In this document: positions 1 through 12,789 of the stretch, in pieces | Position numbering within the stretch: the stretch's first letter is position 1 | How the letters are laid out: the number at the start of each line of letters is the position of its first letter | Origin: Psammoneis japonica | Taxonomy: Eukaryota | Direction: 5' to 3' | Length of the DNA stretch: 64,000 nucleotides | Assembly: GCA_008632985.1 (NCBI GenBank) | Contig: QPGO01000093.1 | Coordinates: 1-64,000 of the forward strand | Position numbers and translations under genes: made by a program | Notes under the pieces: model-generated | What the model was told of the DNA's origin: nothing | The model's input: only the letters and a program-made list of their open reading frames with translations | Database searches by the model: none

Positions 1-42
1 AGACAAAAACAAACCACGGACGCACAAGCAAATCGACAATGC

Positions 43-850
43 AGATGCTCTGTGATTTTTGAAACCCTTCGACTGTCGCGATGCCAGTCCAAAATGCAAG
101 AAAACAGCATGAAGACTAAGTGCAAAGGTTGATGGTCCAAGACACTGACATCTTTTCAGACCATTCAATCAAGGTTTTTGTCTCCCCTCCATGCTCCTCC
201 GAGTTTGTTCAAAGCCCAGCACGTCGCAGTGCACCTGGGTGCCCTCAGAGTGCGTGCACGCCCTTCTCTCGCGAGAGGAAAAAGAGCTGCTTTTTTCCAA
301 GGAGAGCACAACTTGTGTTTCACCTCTCAACAACAAACAGCACCACAGGTTGAGTCAAACACAGCCAAAGCACAGCCTCAGAGGAGGATGGGGCAAGAAA
401 GAAAATTCTCTCTCTCGAGCGGCAAACATGCTCTCTCAAGATGAGCCAAAGATGCTCTGTGATTTTTGAACCCTTCGACTGTCATGATGCCAGCAGTCCA
501 AAACACAAGAAAACAGCATGAAGGCTCCCTGCAATGGTTGATGGTGCAAGACACTGACATCTTTTCAGACCACCAGTCAATCAAGGTTTTTGTCTCCCCT
601 TCATGCTGCTCCTCCTCTCCGAGTTTGTTCAAAGCCCAGCATGTCGCAGCACACCTGGGTGTCCTCAGAGTGCGTGCACACCCTTCTCTTGTGAGAGGAG
701 AGAGAGCTGCTTTGGAAAACACAACTTGCGTTTCACCTCTCAACAACAACAGCACCACAGATTGAATCAAACACAGCCAAAGCACAGCCTCAGAGGAGGA
801 TGGGCAAGAAAGAAAATTTTCTTGAGCGGCAGACATGCTCTCTTAAGATG
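43..850. repeat. Diverged tandem duplication (~405-bp unit, two copies) in TpA/CpG-depleted DNA
   Basis: 'agatgctctgtgattttt' starts at 43 and again at ~450, and the two units stay colinear to 'catgctctct(c/t)aagatg'. Many differences are CG/TG/CA exchanges. Confidence 0.85.
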
Positions 851-3800
851 GTGGGGGGGGGGCAGCTTTCCCCATTCTGAAATGCACCAGCTCTCTGCAC
901 ACACCAGTTGATTTGACAATGTTTTTGTCAAGCCACTGGGCTTTTTTGCAAACTTTTTTTGAGCTGACATTCATGCAGAAACATGACTGCAAAGAAAAAC
1001 AAAGCTTTCCTGTCTCACAGAGGTTGGTGCTGGTGCTTTAAACTGCCATCTGCAGACATTGTGCCACTTGCAGCTCACCTCTGCTGGTGCAGACAGATCT
1101 TCAAATGAGAGACTTTTGAACGAATCACAAGGTTTTTGGTGCATTCATGTGTGTTGTGCACCATGTTTAGCGCCAAACCCATGCAAGAAGATTGAGCTCC
1201 TAAATGAAGATGAGCCAACAGCCATCATGACCAAGGCAAGAATGCAAAAATTCCAAAAAACAGGTTGACAAGGCTGCATTCCATATGTGGTCATTTGGCT
1301 GAAATTTGAGTTTGGTCTTTTTCTTTGTCTTGTGGAGAGCTCGCTGATTTTTGCTTGTGTTTGGTGTCACTCTTTCTCTCTCCTTCAGATTGCTCAGCAG
1401 TTCTTTTCACAATGCTTGTCTCTGTCAACTTGGTGCCAGCTGCAAACAACAACAACAACAGGAGCATCTCAATGAGGTGCACTTGCACACTTTTTGCACG
1501 GTGTTGTTGTGGACAATGCCTTGCAAGCACACATCAATTTTTTTTTTTGCAAACAAAAGAGACACTCTCTGCACTCAGTTTTTTGAGAGTGCATGGCAGC
1601 CAGCCAAAATGCCTGCAGGCAAGTGCAAAAAGTGTGCCCAACATTGCAAGCCAGGGTGACAAGAACATTGGCAATGTTCTGGTGTTGTGGCCATTTTGCT
1701 TCACTTTGAGGCAGCAGAACTTCTTCTTGTCCAAGCAATGAAATTTGTCAACATTTTGTCACCACCTCTTCTGCCACCTTTTGTGTTGAACAGCTGCTCC
1801 ACAGTCAACAATCTTTTCTTCTGTGCCAGTGTGCAACTCACTCAAGACTCCACCACACAGGACAGTGAACAACTTGATCTTTCTGACAGCCAGCAGCAAA
1901 CAAAAAAGAGGCAAGTCAGCTTCCCCAATTTTTCTGCCCAAACAAGTGCAGTCAGAAGGTTGCTCTTTTGCATCTGAGCTTTTTGTTGCACTGTGAAAAA
2001 TGTCAGCATTTTTTGTCAAACAACAGCTGGGCATGGTGGAAGAAACAGAAAAAAAGTGGCTCAAAGAGGCAGCAAAAACAGCCGCACACAACAGAGTTTC
2101 CTGTCAAGTTGTTCTCAGGAAAAATGACTGCCTTTTGAAGATTTTTCATCATTTGTTGTCCACACTGCCCAAGAAATGAGAATGATGGCCAGCACTTCAA
2201 AGAGAGCAGACTTGAGGAAAGAAGCAACAGAAATTGGGCAGAAGCCCACTCAAACTTGCTCACACAACATGCGTCAGCAGCATCACACTGTCTCCAACCA
2301 GCTCTGTTGAGATTCACTCTTCTGGCAACCATTTCAGAGCTGCCTCAGTCCTCCAAGGTCTGATCCTGAGGGCAAAATGGACAAGCTTGTTGTCACAACA
2401 CTTTCTAAAAGTCAAAGAAGAATGATGACTGCTTCTGCAGCAGCCCACATGCTTCACGTGGAGCACATGAGTGCTGATGCACATGTCCTCTTTGCGCCAT
2501 CTAATTTCAGTGCTTGAGCCTTTAAATCTTGATTTCCAAAACACTCCTGTTGACCAATGACAAGATCCTTGCCAGACTCCAATGTGCCATCTTGGGGTTG
2601 GGGGGTTGGCCTCTTCTTGCTGCATCGTGTGCCCTGGAGCTCCCCTTGCTCAAATGCCCAGCAGAGTTTCTCTGGATGCACATTTGCAAAAACATGTTGG
2701 CTTGGTGATCACTGTGCTGCAGTGCCCTCTTTCTCATTCTTTTTGTGCGTGCTGAAAAAGAAAGAGGTGTGCTGATCTTGAACACTCTCCAAAAAGAACA
2801 ACCTCTTGTTTTGCTTTGCTCAACCTTTGTTTTGTTTTGCTCAATGAAAAAATCATCTCATGATGTGTGTGAGAGACTCTTTTTGCAGCTCCACTGCAAG
2901 ACAGGGGCACTCCAGAATGAAAAGTCAAACATGACCCACTGTCAAACAAAGCAAGCATGCTTGTGAGTGACACATCATGTTTTTGTCAGTGCTGGTGCCG
3001 GCTGCATTTCAGCAGATGTTGGCAAGTTTAAGTTGTCTTGTGTGTCCTCCATTGTGCTTGGTTTGACAATTTTTGATCCAGTGGGCTGTTGACTTGCACT
3101 TGGCACAAGTGAGCAACTCATGGCTGTTGTCCTTTTTTCATTGACAAAGACTGCACCCCAAAGCCCCCAACTCACCCTGATGGCAAGTGTGCCAGTGCCA
3201 GCAAAAATTTCACAAAAGAGCACCAGTCGCTGCACATGTTTCTGTGTGGCTTTTTTAAAAGCAGCCAAGCAGTGGGTGCCTCAGTGCAACTGAACTCTCA
3301 GATGCCCCCCTGGCTGATGCCCCACCTGCTTCTCAACTTTTTTTTTGTGTTGGCTGGCAGGCTTTTGCTCACAGTTGTTCAAAAAGAAAATGAGGTGTCA
3401 CCTCTCCAGGTGGTTGGCTGGTCAGATTTGGCAAGTCTCCTCACTTTGGCAAGCTGAGAATCTGGACATCCCATTGGCAACTTTGTGCACTTTGGACCAC
3501 CACATCCTGGTGACTTGAGGCCAAATCTTGGGCTCACCCTTCACACCAAGTTTGCTGCACCACACATTGTCGCTGCCCAAAAAGCCACAAATTTTCATGG
3601 TGCTTGATGTCACAACTTGAAATTGCACCCAATGCAGTGCACAGTGCACACAACAAACAATGCCACATCTTCTGCTGTGGGGCTTGTTTTTTGTTCATGT
3701 GTTCTTGGTTGTCACATCATTGATCAAGGTGCAAGTGATGTTTTGCAACAACAAGATGGTGGTTGACTTGAGGGTGGCCATGGTTGGATTTCTTGTTGCT

Positions 3801-4440
3801 GCTGACCATCATGCAATGTTTGGACATGCTGGATGCTGGCAAGCAGTGGCGTGCTTTGCAAACTTTTGCAGCACTCTCATGACTGTGGCGCACTTGAGTT
3901 TACAGCCGCTGGGGGTTTGTTGCCACCATTGATGGCACTGTCTGCATCTGCAACATTTTCAGTTTCCAAGTGTGAGGCAGTCATTGTGTGGACAATGTGC
4001 CACACATGATTTTCAGCAAGGAGCAGCGGAAATGGGCAGCAGCGGTGGGCCTTGCAGCGCTGAGCCAAAATGTTCACAGTCATGGTTGCCCTTCCTTGTT
4101 GCACCCACATGTTGTTTGTGCAGCACTTTTTTTTTGCCAGCTGGCTGCCCCTCTTGCAGGAGTCTGCTGTGCCAGAGCTGCTGCCCTGGCTGGTGATTGG
4201 CCACCCAGTGCTGTGTGTTCATCACATCTGCGGCCACCCCTCTTGCAGAAATCTGCTGTGCCAAAACAAACTTCACCAGGAGGGTTGGGGTCTTGCAGCA
4301 GTGTGCAAGATGTGTGCTCATTGCATCCATGGTGTGGTGCCAAAACCACTTTTGGCTTTTGTTTCAAATGTGCTGCTCACTGGACAGTGGATTTTTTGAT
4401 CTTCCACTGGTGCATGTCCTGCCACATGCACTGCAGCTCT
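850..4440. other. Heavily degenerate TpA/CpG-depleted sequence, probably transposon relic(s); family not recognisable
   Basis: Near-absence of TA and CG, excess TG/CA, only short Cys/His/Gln-rich ORFs without recognisable motifs. Confidence 0.5.
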
Positions 4441-4447
4441 TGACTGC

Positions 4448-6340
4448 TTTCTTCTGTTTTTTTTTCTTCTTTGGTTTGTCTCGGGAGTGAGGTTTTGTTA
4501 GAATGATTGGGGTCTGTGGTGTTGGAAGAGGTTGGTCTGGGGAAATGTGTGGTGGGAGGGGTGTGCGAAGCGCTTGGGGATGGAGAGAAAAAGGGTGGGC
4601 CCAAAATGCAGACAGATGGTTGAAGTGAGGAGTTGTCAGCAAGGGCAGGATGGTGAAGTGGCTGAGCTTGGCAAGAAGAGAGATGGTGGGAGAGAGCACA
4701 GCCAAAGTTGAGGCTGAGGATTTGAGAGGCCCAGAGTTGAGGTGTGACGGTGTGACAAGAGGAGCCAAAGTGGTCTGGGGAAAGTTGTTTCCAGGCCATG
4801 TCAGAGTGGGCGAGGAGGTCGGAAGGGGCAAGCAGTGAATTGGCGAAGGCAGAGAAGGATGCTTGAGAGTTGGAGAAGGAGGATGGGTTTGTCCAGGGTG
4901 TGGTTTGGGAGGAAGGGGTGGGATGGAGGCAGATGTTGAAGAGGAGGAGCCAAAGAAAAAGACATGAAAATGGTGCCCAATGCTGCCCAGGTGGTCAAAT
5001 GTAAAAGGGAGGAGGAAGAGTCCAGCTTGTTTGATGGCATCAATGACACATCAGAGCTGGGGGCAGATTGTGCAGAGCAACCAAGAAGCTTGTCCCGTGT
5101 GCTGCTGAGGCGAACCTTGTTTGGTGGGTTTTCAGGGACAGGCAACCAGGTGCAGGAAGTGGGGGAGCTGGTGGTGCGGTGACATCAACAGCCAAGAAGT
5201 GATGAGTGGACAGATGGGGCGTTGGGTGGTGTGGAGCCAGGAGTGAGTTGAGCGCTGATGTCAGCAGGGCATTTGAGGGGGTGGTCAGCTGGGAGACCTG
5301 CTGGTTCAAGGTGGGCTTGTTGGTGGGAGAGGCACAGGCCGCAAAGGGGGGCCCAGGGTGTCAATGATGGTGTGGATGGTGTCACAAACATGGTTGGACA
5401 GCGGGCTTTTGTGCATTTTGGAGCATGCAAAGGCGCGGTCACCGAAAGGGTCGGGGCGGGCGTGGCCACATGGGCAGTCATGTTGGAGCAAAGCAGAGGA
5501 GATCATTGGGAGGCACAGCTTGCAGAGGAGAAGGAGTGTGAAAAGGTGTGATGGAAGTTGGTTGGCAGCAGAGGATCGGGAGGGAGAGTGCAGGAAAAGG
5601 CTTGTCAGAGGAGACAGAAGGGGTGGAAGGGCTGGTTGTGTGGAAGGATCAGCAAGGATCAGAGGAAGGGTGTCGGTTTTGTGGTGGTGCAAATGAAGGT
5701 GTTGTGCAAGACTGCACAGGTCATGGTGTTTGATGGCATGCTTGAGAGAGGCAAAGGAGGGGGAGTCAAAACGGAGGAGAATGGGAGCGCAGTGATGGAA
5801 GATGCGGCAGAGGGAGGAGAGGGTGGAGCGCGGGTTGGACCATGAGCCAAGAGAGGCAGAACAGCTCAGAGGGAGGTGAAAGACATCACCACCATTGAGT
5901 GGGATGCCATGCTTTGTGCAGCACATTGATTTTGTCAGAGAGGTGATGAGAGCTGGGGTGGCGATGGCGGAGATGTCGCGACATCCGACACCGCCTGAAG
6001 AAGCGGGCAGGTTGGCGATGAGTTTGGCAGCTGAAGGGAAAGGGGGAGAGTGTTGAGCAAGGCAAGCAAGGAAATGCAAGGAATGGCCAATGATTTTGTT
6101 GACAAAAGGCAATGCCCATTGGAAAGGGGGTTGAGAGATCGTTGGAGTGCGCGAGGTTGAAGCACGCATCAGCCACGAGGATGTGGGTGGCAGAAGGGAT
6201 GGAGCATTTCTGGAAGAGGGTGCTTTGTGTTTGTTCATTGGTGAGGCGGTTGGCGAGGTGTCGGAGGTCTGAGGCAAAGGATGTGGCTTTGTCTTGAATG
6301 AAGTTTGCTGTGGCAGAGTCACAGTCATGTGCTCTCCTGC
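4448..6340 (-). mobile_element. 5'-truncated degenerate non-LTR retrotransposon of the restriction-like-endonuclease type (CRE-like)
   Basis: Minus-strand frames give 'NLPASSGGVGCRDISAIATPALITS' (RT thumb LP..GGLG-like), 'CPCG..DPFGDRAFAC..SNHVCD' (zinc-knuckle region), 'CPADI' (RPADI-like RLE motif) and 'LLPFTFDHLG'. An A-rich 3' tail lies at ~4448-4477. Confidence 0.7.
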
Positions 6341-7232
6341 CTGCGACTCCCGACAAAAAAAGCGGGGGCCCAGTTTTTGGAATGCATCATCACACTGCCT
6401 GTTAAACCTGGAGGATCACACCCCACAGTGTAGGGCCCTAGGTTAAACCATCATCATGCAATCTGTTGCACACATTAAACTGCAGTCTGCTCTAGCTGGG
6501 CACATGGACAGGCCTTTTGTTGCACGCAAGAAGGAGAGTGAGTGGGATCTTGTCTGAGAACTCTTGTTTGATTCTCATTGAACAAGTTCCTCAGGAGAGA
6601 AAAGACTCGTCTGCAGCATGTGGCAGGCGCATCATCCTCCATGGCACATTCGTTCAATGGCATCTTCTTGAAATGGATGGTGTCTGCCATTGCGGTTCGT
6701 TTGCGTGCACTGTGTGTGCTGCACTGTGCACGCACCATGCGCTCGTCGTGGTCCGTGCTGCGTGGTGCGGCACGTAGCACTTGGTACGTCCTAAGTGGCT
6801 CATAACCCACCTCGCCAGACAAAATAAACTGGGGAGCCCCAGCTCCCCCCTAGACTAAACCCATAAGCCTGCTGGTGGGCCGATTGATTGATTCCCAGAT
6901 TGTCGAAAGAGTTCGCCAAACCGTTAAATCTATATATCTTTTATTCATTGCTAATGATTGACTTTAACTCGACGGACTCGATTTCCGCGAAAGGGCGACA
7001 AGCCAAGCAAAGCGACAAGCGACATTACATCGCTCACAAACTCGCAAAAAAAGCACACACACACGAATATCCACCAAGGCCACAACGTGGTAGGCGGGAA
7101 TAAAGCGAACAACGCGGAGCTCCAACGGCAAATAAGAACCTGCCGACTGTCGAGAACCGAGAAACTCCTGCCAACAGTCGTAAGCCACAAAGGGCCAAGT
7201 GGACTAGACGAAGAAAGAAAAGTAGTGTGACG

Positions 7233-8979
7233 ATGTTGGTGCCACCACTCTTGGCAAGTTTTTGTTTATTTCTATTATGGATACCGATCGCTGCCACTAA
7301 TCATAGTTTTTTCCTACCCGAGGGGTTTAGCCTTCCAGAAGGCGTTTCTTTGGATATGATGGAAGAGGCTGGTCGGACAGCTTTCAAGAAACTCTTGAGC
7401 AAGCTCTTCGCCGACAAATTCAGATCGTCATCAGCACGTGCATTGAACACTTATGAGTGTAATAGCGTAATCGATGTTGTTTCAGCAAGTGATTTTAGGG
7501 AAGAAGTTCGAAAGTTTTTTCTAGAAAACGCGGGTGACAACGATCTTGTAATGATTATCGCAACGGAACTAATCCTCCTTAGGCTCCAGACCGACTTTCA
7601 GGTTTGGAAGGTTTGCGCTAAATGCGAAGACATTGAGGAGCCACCAGAATTTGGTTGTAGTGCTGATGATTACGGTATGCACCAATCGGTTTCTATGTAT
7701 TTGTGCGGTGCTTTTTCCAACAATTCTCCTGATGTTTCGACATTCTTCGCGTAGGATACGATGCTATGCATTCGGGTCTCCTTCTCGCGCCCTACGATAT
7801 CGACCAAGGGCGTATCATTCACGGAACTCGATCTGTAACTCTAGTTTTGCCGGCCGGTGGTGCTGCTCCAAGTGAGTCTTGGTCTTTTCCCATTGAGAAC
7901 GTAGTAGTTATCCCTTCCGTCATTTTCGCTACATTATCCAACAGCTACGCTCTTCTCCCCGATTCCATTGGCTTTGGTGAAAGCTGGGATTACAACAGGA
8001 CTTTTGCAATCCGTCGACCAATTGCTACTGCCACTGCTCCTTTAATTGCCAAGGCGGAAAGCATCGTTCGGGAACAGACGGACTGTACTTCTGCAATGGC
8101 CGATGCCTTCTCGATCTTGGGGTACAGTGAAGGAGCCCACAGCTCCGTGGTGGTTGCTGACATGTTGGACAAGATGGGAAAGACGGTCATTTCTCTTCAC
8201 GCAGGTACTGCATTTTAAATATTACTTTGCTGCCCCCTTTTGGTCATCAACTCACTGGACGTTGTTTGTTCTTGGACCTCAGGTGGAGGCCCATATAGAT
8301 TGTCATCGGCGCAAATTATCTTTGGCTTTCAAGAGCTCAAATCAGGAACCTATTCAGAAGGTCTACCCTTGATGACTGCGCATTTGGCCTCAGCATACTC
8401 CTCGACTGTTCAAGGTATCGCGAACTATCAACAGGGTCAAGATTTTTTGGATCCGAATTACCGTGAAGCTGTTGTCTATGCCGCGAATAACGGGGAATGG
8501 TTTAATGCTGCAAGGCCCTGCCGGATTTCCCACTTGATGCGTTGAATCAGGACATGCTTGCCATCATTGACGAAGCAATTCAGGTAGGGGAATCGAAGCC
8601 GTGTGAAAGATATGTGGACGACAAGACGGATAAAATCTGCGAGGCACTCATGGACAACGATGTTGTTGAGATCCTTGAAGCTGTTACAGGATACCCCGTG
8701 TATCTCTGCCACTCAGAAGAGGATGATTATGTAGCTTATGAGAATCTTCCTGATTTGAGCAATCCGAATTTGCAGCTTACCACCGTATCGGGCACACATA
8801 TCGAGGCCTACGGAGAGTGCTTTGCGGAGACGTTGCCTTACTGGCTTGACGACGCCAACGTACGAAACTTTGAAGTGACGGACAAGACCGTTCCGGGAGG
8901 TTGTTCTGGCACGTCGCCGTTGCCGTCGCCGCCTTCAAGTTGCAGTGCCATTCTTAGATTCTTTGGACTGTGCGACTGA
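7233..8979 (+). CDS. Secreted alpha/beta-hydrolase (lipase-like), multi-exon
   Basis: N-terminal hydrophobic signal peptide, GYSEG nucleophile elbow, 'LCHSEEDDYV' and a late His ('SGTH'). Introns 7675-7754, ~8204-8282 and probably one near 8490-8550 (last boundaries uncertain). Confidence 0.75.
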
Positions 8980-9278
8980 GGGCTGTCAAAATGTTTAGAG
9001 CTGGTAGTGATATTCTAAAGATGTCGCTACTTCAAATCTCTTGTTGCAAACCATCTTGGAAATTCTGTTGATTGCTTCAACATACGTATGTGTTCGTTTG
9101 GAGTGAACAAACTTTGATAGGAACATTGCGTCCGTAGGGGAAATGAGTGAAAGTACTACTCTAATTCAGGCTTGCGCTACGACTAGAGTAGTGCACCTGT
9201 CGCCTGATGTGGTGAGAAAGACCAGTGGCGCAGTCAGAGGGTGCATAAGTATCCAGACAAATGACACTGAAACTTGTG

Positions 9279-10221
9279 TTACTTTTTCCCAAAATACGCC
9301 GTCAGCGGTTTGCTATTCGTGACGACCGGCTGTGTGGCCGCCGACTTGTTTTGTTTTTGCTGCTTGTGTTGTCGACTCTGTTCACGAATCAAATCGCGAA
9401 CGTCTTCACGCAAAAACAAAAACTGTTCTCGCGATGAGCACACTTGAGCCACATCCTCAGGCAACAACTTGCGGCGGTTTTGCAAGTTGGCAACCTTTAC
9501 CGATTCCTGTCCCAATTTGATTAAAGCCATTTCCGTGCATTTCGTAATCAACAGAGTAGCTTCTTTGGACATACCCTTGACTTCTGGATCTAATTTGCAT
9601 ATTTTACGAATCCGAGCCACAGGCATGACTAGATCGGTTTGGGACGATTGCTGCTGAGGCAAAGCGACGTCACCGTACTTGGCCTTGTATTCTTCCAGCT
9701 CCTTGGCAACCCTTTCACGTTCTTGTGCGGCTAATTCTTGGTATGGAACTTTGTCTTCTGCGCTCAATTCCGACCAAGCTTGACCCGTCAAGCGAGCAAT
9801 GATACCAACGCCTTCTCCGGGGTGCTGTATTAATAAGAAGTCAACAATACAGAAAAAGGGTTTCAGAAATGAGAAAAATCAGAAATTCCTAACCGTATGA
9901 TACAAGGCACTATTCATAACCTACAGCAGCTTGAAACTCTGGTCGTTTTTCTTCTGCAAAGAGAAAATACGCCGTTCGAGCCTTCTTGATGGGACGCGGC
10001 GGAGGAGGTGGCTTTTCCGGAGTTTCATTTTTCTTTTCTGACAAGCCGTCCGACTTTTTCTCTGGCGACTCTTCTGTCGTCGCTTCTTCTTCTTCCGCTT
10101 CCTCTTTGGTCTCGGGCTTTTCCAAAGGTTCTTTGGAGGGTTCTCTTTCCTTTGAAATGTCCATAGCTTCGTTTGCTTTGTTGGATGGCGGTACGTTTTC
10201 TTCTTCGACAGCGACCGTCAT
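9279..10221 (-). CDS. HMG-box plus C-terminal histone-fold (NF-YC/Dpb3/CHRAC-type) protein
   Basis: 'IKKARTAYFLFAEEKR...WSELSAEDKVPYQELAAQERER' (HMG box split by an intron ~9826-9921) followed by 'MPVARIRKICKLDPEV..MSKEA' (H2A-like histone fold). Confidence 0.8.
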
Positions 10222-10491
10222 TTTCAATTTTGCGCTGTCGGAGTTGGATTTTTTGTGCGCCCGACTTTTTGGCGCGACAGACAGAGTACCTTAGTCGAAT
10301 AAGTCGAAAGATTTTTCGCGCAGAATCGTTCGCGAGCGCGCGTTCCCAAATCTCGCAGCCCAACAGCCCAAAACGGAAAACACGTCCATGAGCATCGAAT
10401 CATCAATCGCACATACAAAGCAACAGCAACAAAACAGCCAAGCTATTCCATTTTGTATTGCAAAGCAAAGTCCACCACACATCGCACAATC

Positions 10492-11701
10492 ATGTCTAAG
10501 CGATCTCAAGATATTCAGCTTACCAAGGATGATGACGAAGTAGAGGTGGGAGACAACGCGGGACAGTTTACAAAGGCGGGAGCACAAGAGCTGAAGAAAC
10601 GTCGGATTGTATCTGTGAAGAAACAGTAAGTTGTTGTGTTGATCGTGTCATTGTACTTGATGCGGGTTTATATGCCGTGTCTCACCATGGTATTGTTTGC
10701 TCTTGTTCTAATTCAGTGAGGCGAAGCACGCGGCTCTGTCGTCTTCTCCCGCTCGAGCCAATCCGTTTGCGAAAATATCCTTTGCTACAGCATCTGCTTC
10801 GGGTTCGGCGGCTAAGCCTGCAGCAGCACCTGCGGCTTTAACCGTTGAGCAACAGAAAAAGCAGCTCATGCGTCAAATGCTGGGTTACATTGAGACCAAC
10901 ACCCGAGATTATCCTCGCGCCGTGCTCAAGGACGCCGTTGTCGAGTACAGTTTTCACTTGCGTGCGTTGAAGGTGCGGGACGCATGCAATGAAAAGGAGA
11001 ACAGCGGTGCTGTCAAACCTTCGACCAAGGAGAACAGCAACAGCACCGGTGCTGCGAGTCCCTTTGCTGGAGGATTCACGGCTCCAGCAGGCGCGACCGC
11101 CGCTGCTCCTGCTCCTGCTCCTGCTCCCACTTTTGGTTTCCTTACTGCGCCATCGACAACTGCGCCCGCAAGCAGTTCTACGTCAGGCTTTTCGCTTGCT
11201 GCTCCTCCCACAGCAGCCCCAGTTGCGGCCACTACAAGCCCTACTACGAATCCCTTTGCACCCGCTTCTCCTTCAGCCGCGGCACCCGCTGTTACTGCAG
11301 CCAACTCTCCTCAAGGGAACGCGAAGGCTGACGAGACAGGAGGCTCTGATCCCAATTGGACTGAGCGCTACGCAGTTCGTGCCATGCTCTACAGGCAGAG
11401 TGACGGTGAGGATACCCCCAAATTCTATGGCACGCATGCCCTGGTTATCAGTACTTCCAAAGAGAACGGTAAAAGCCGCATGATTATGCGAAACGAAGTC
11501 AAGAAGATTATGCTCAACCTGAACATTGAGAAGGGCATGCCCTTTGAGAAAAAGGTAGAAAAGGGCGGGAATGGAAAAGCCAAAGCATCTTGTTTCTTTA
11601 AGGCCTCGGAGAACGGGACACAGAAGCGATTTTATTTCAGAGTCAAGCCAGAAAATGTGGATGCCTTGTACAACATCTTGACAGAGTTGGCGTCAGAGTA
11701 A
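10492..11701 (+). CDS. Nup50/Nup2-like nucleoporin with C-terminal Ran-binding-like domain
   Basis: Starts MSKRSQDIQLTKDD...FTKA..LKKRRIV (NUP50 N-terminal motif); intron 10626-10716; Ala/Pro-rich linker with NPF/FG-like motifs; C-terminal 'SRMIMRNEVKKIMLNLNI' RanBD-like. Confidence 0.75.
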
Positions 11702-11881
11702 GTCGCATCCGGCCTCAGGAACTCACTCGGGATGCATCATGAAAAATTTTCGTGGAAAGAAGGGGGTATGTGGACGCCTTGTTCAACATCTTGACAAGTT
11801 TTGGCGTCAGAGTAAGTCGCACCCGGCATGAGAAGCTCACTCGGGAGGCATCATGAAAATGTTCGTGGAATGAAGGGGGTA
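11656..11881 (+). repeat. ~113-bp tandem duplication of the Nup50-like gene's 3' end and 3' UTR
   Basis: 'tgtgga(t/c)gccttgt(a/t)caacatcttgaca...gaagggggta' occurs at 11656-11768 and 11769-11881. Confidence 0.9.
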
Positions 11882-12789
11882 ATAGTTTAGTCGTAAAGTA
11901 AATTCAACTTTGCAGAAACATTAGTGTATTGCAGACATGTCCGGAGAAACAAGGCTGTTAATCCCTTGACAGTTTTGTTTTGGCAGGACTTGTTTCGAAT
12001 CACGTTGCGGGTGCGCTTTGAACAGTGCTGCATTTCCAGTCATTTCCACATTCTTTCTCGGCATCGTTCTCATTTTTCTCATTGCCTTCAATCCCATTCC
12101 TTTCAACTTGACCTCTTCCAGTTCCCAACACACTCCTTGCAATTCTCACAGCTTGGGTTGTTGACTGGGATGTCATCTGCACCTTCCATGATCTGACAAT
12201 TGACTTGTTGAGTGAAATGGCTTTGTGTGTGGGATGCTCTGTCACTTGTGCCTGGGCTGGGTGCTCCTCCAAATGTTGCATAAAAAAGATCTGCTTTCAC
12301 CTTGTGTTTGTTTTTGCATCCTACATGTTTCAAGTGTTCCTCCTCATGTGAAATGTCAAGGATGATGTGTTCAATGTTGATCCTCAATGCATGCCTGTCT
12401 CTTTCCTGTTTGGTCAGCAGTGTGCAAAGGAGGGCAAATCAGCAACCCAGGCACAGCAGCACAAAGCCATTCCCTTGGAAGCTGTGTGCACTGGCTTGTT
12501 TTCTGCATTTTCAATCAACTCCCTTTTTGGCAGTTCTGGCCTTAGTCATCTGTGCACCAAGGGCTCTTTTCATCACAGCACTTGTGCTTTGCACCAGTGC
12601 AAGGGGATGGGAGTTGCCTTGCCACCCTGCCTGAGATTTGCTGTTGCCTCCTTGTTGACCACATGTCATTTTTGATGGGCTTGCATGTTGCCTGCAGTTG
12701 CCCCTGCACTTCCTGTGGCTTCCACTCTCCTGCATGTCTTTTTTTGAACATGGCACAAGCTCAACTTTTCCACACAGTTGTTGTGCAAC

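Noticed and set aside
1..6800. Dense overlapping 60-150 aa ORFs rich in Cys/His/Gln on both strands (also 12-17, 21-24.6, 37-39, 53.5-55.7 kb)
   Set aside because: By-product of TpA loss: TAA and TAG stops vanish and TG/CA codons rise. They are not credible genes.
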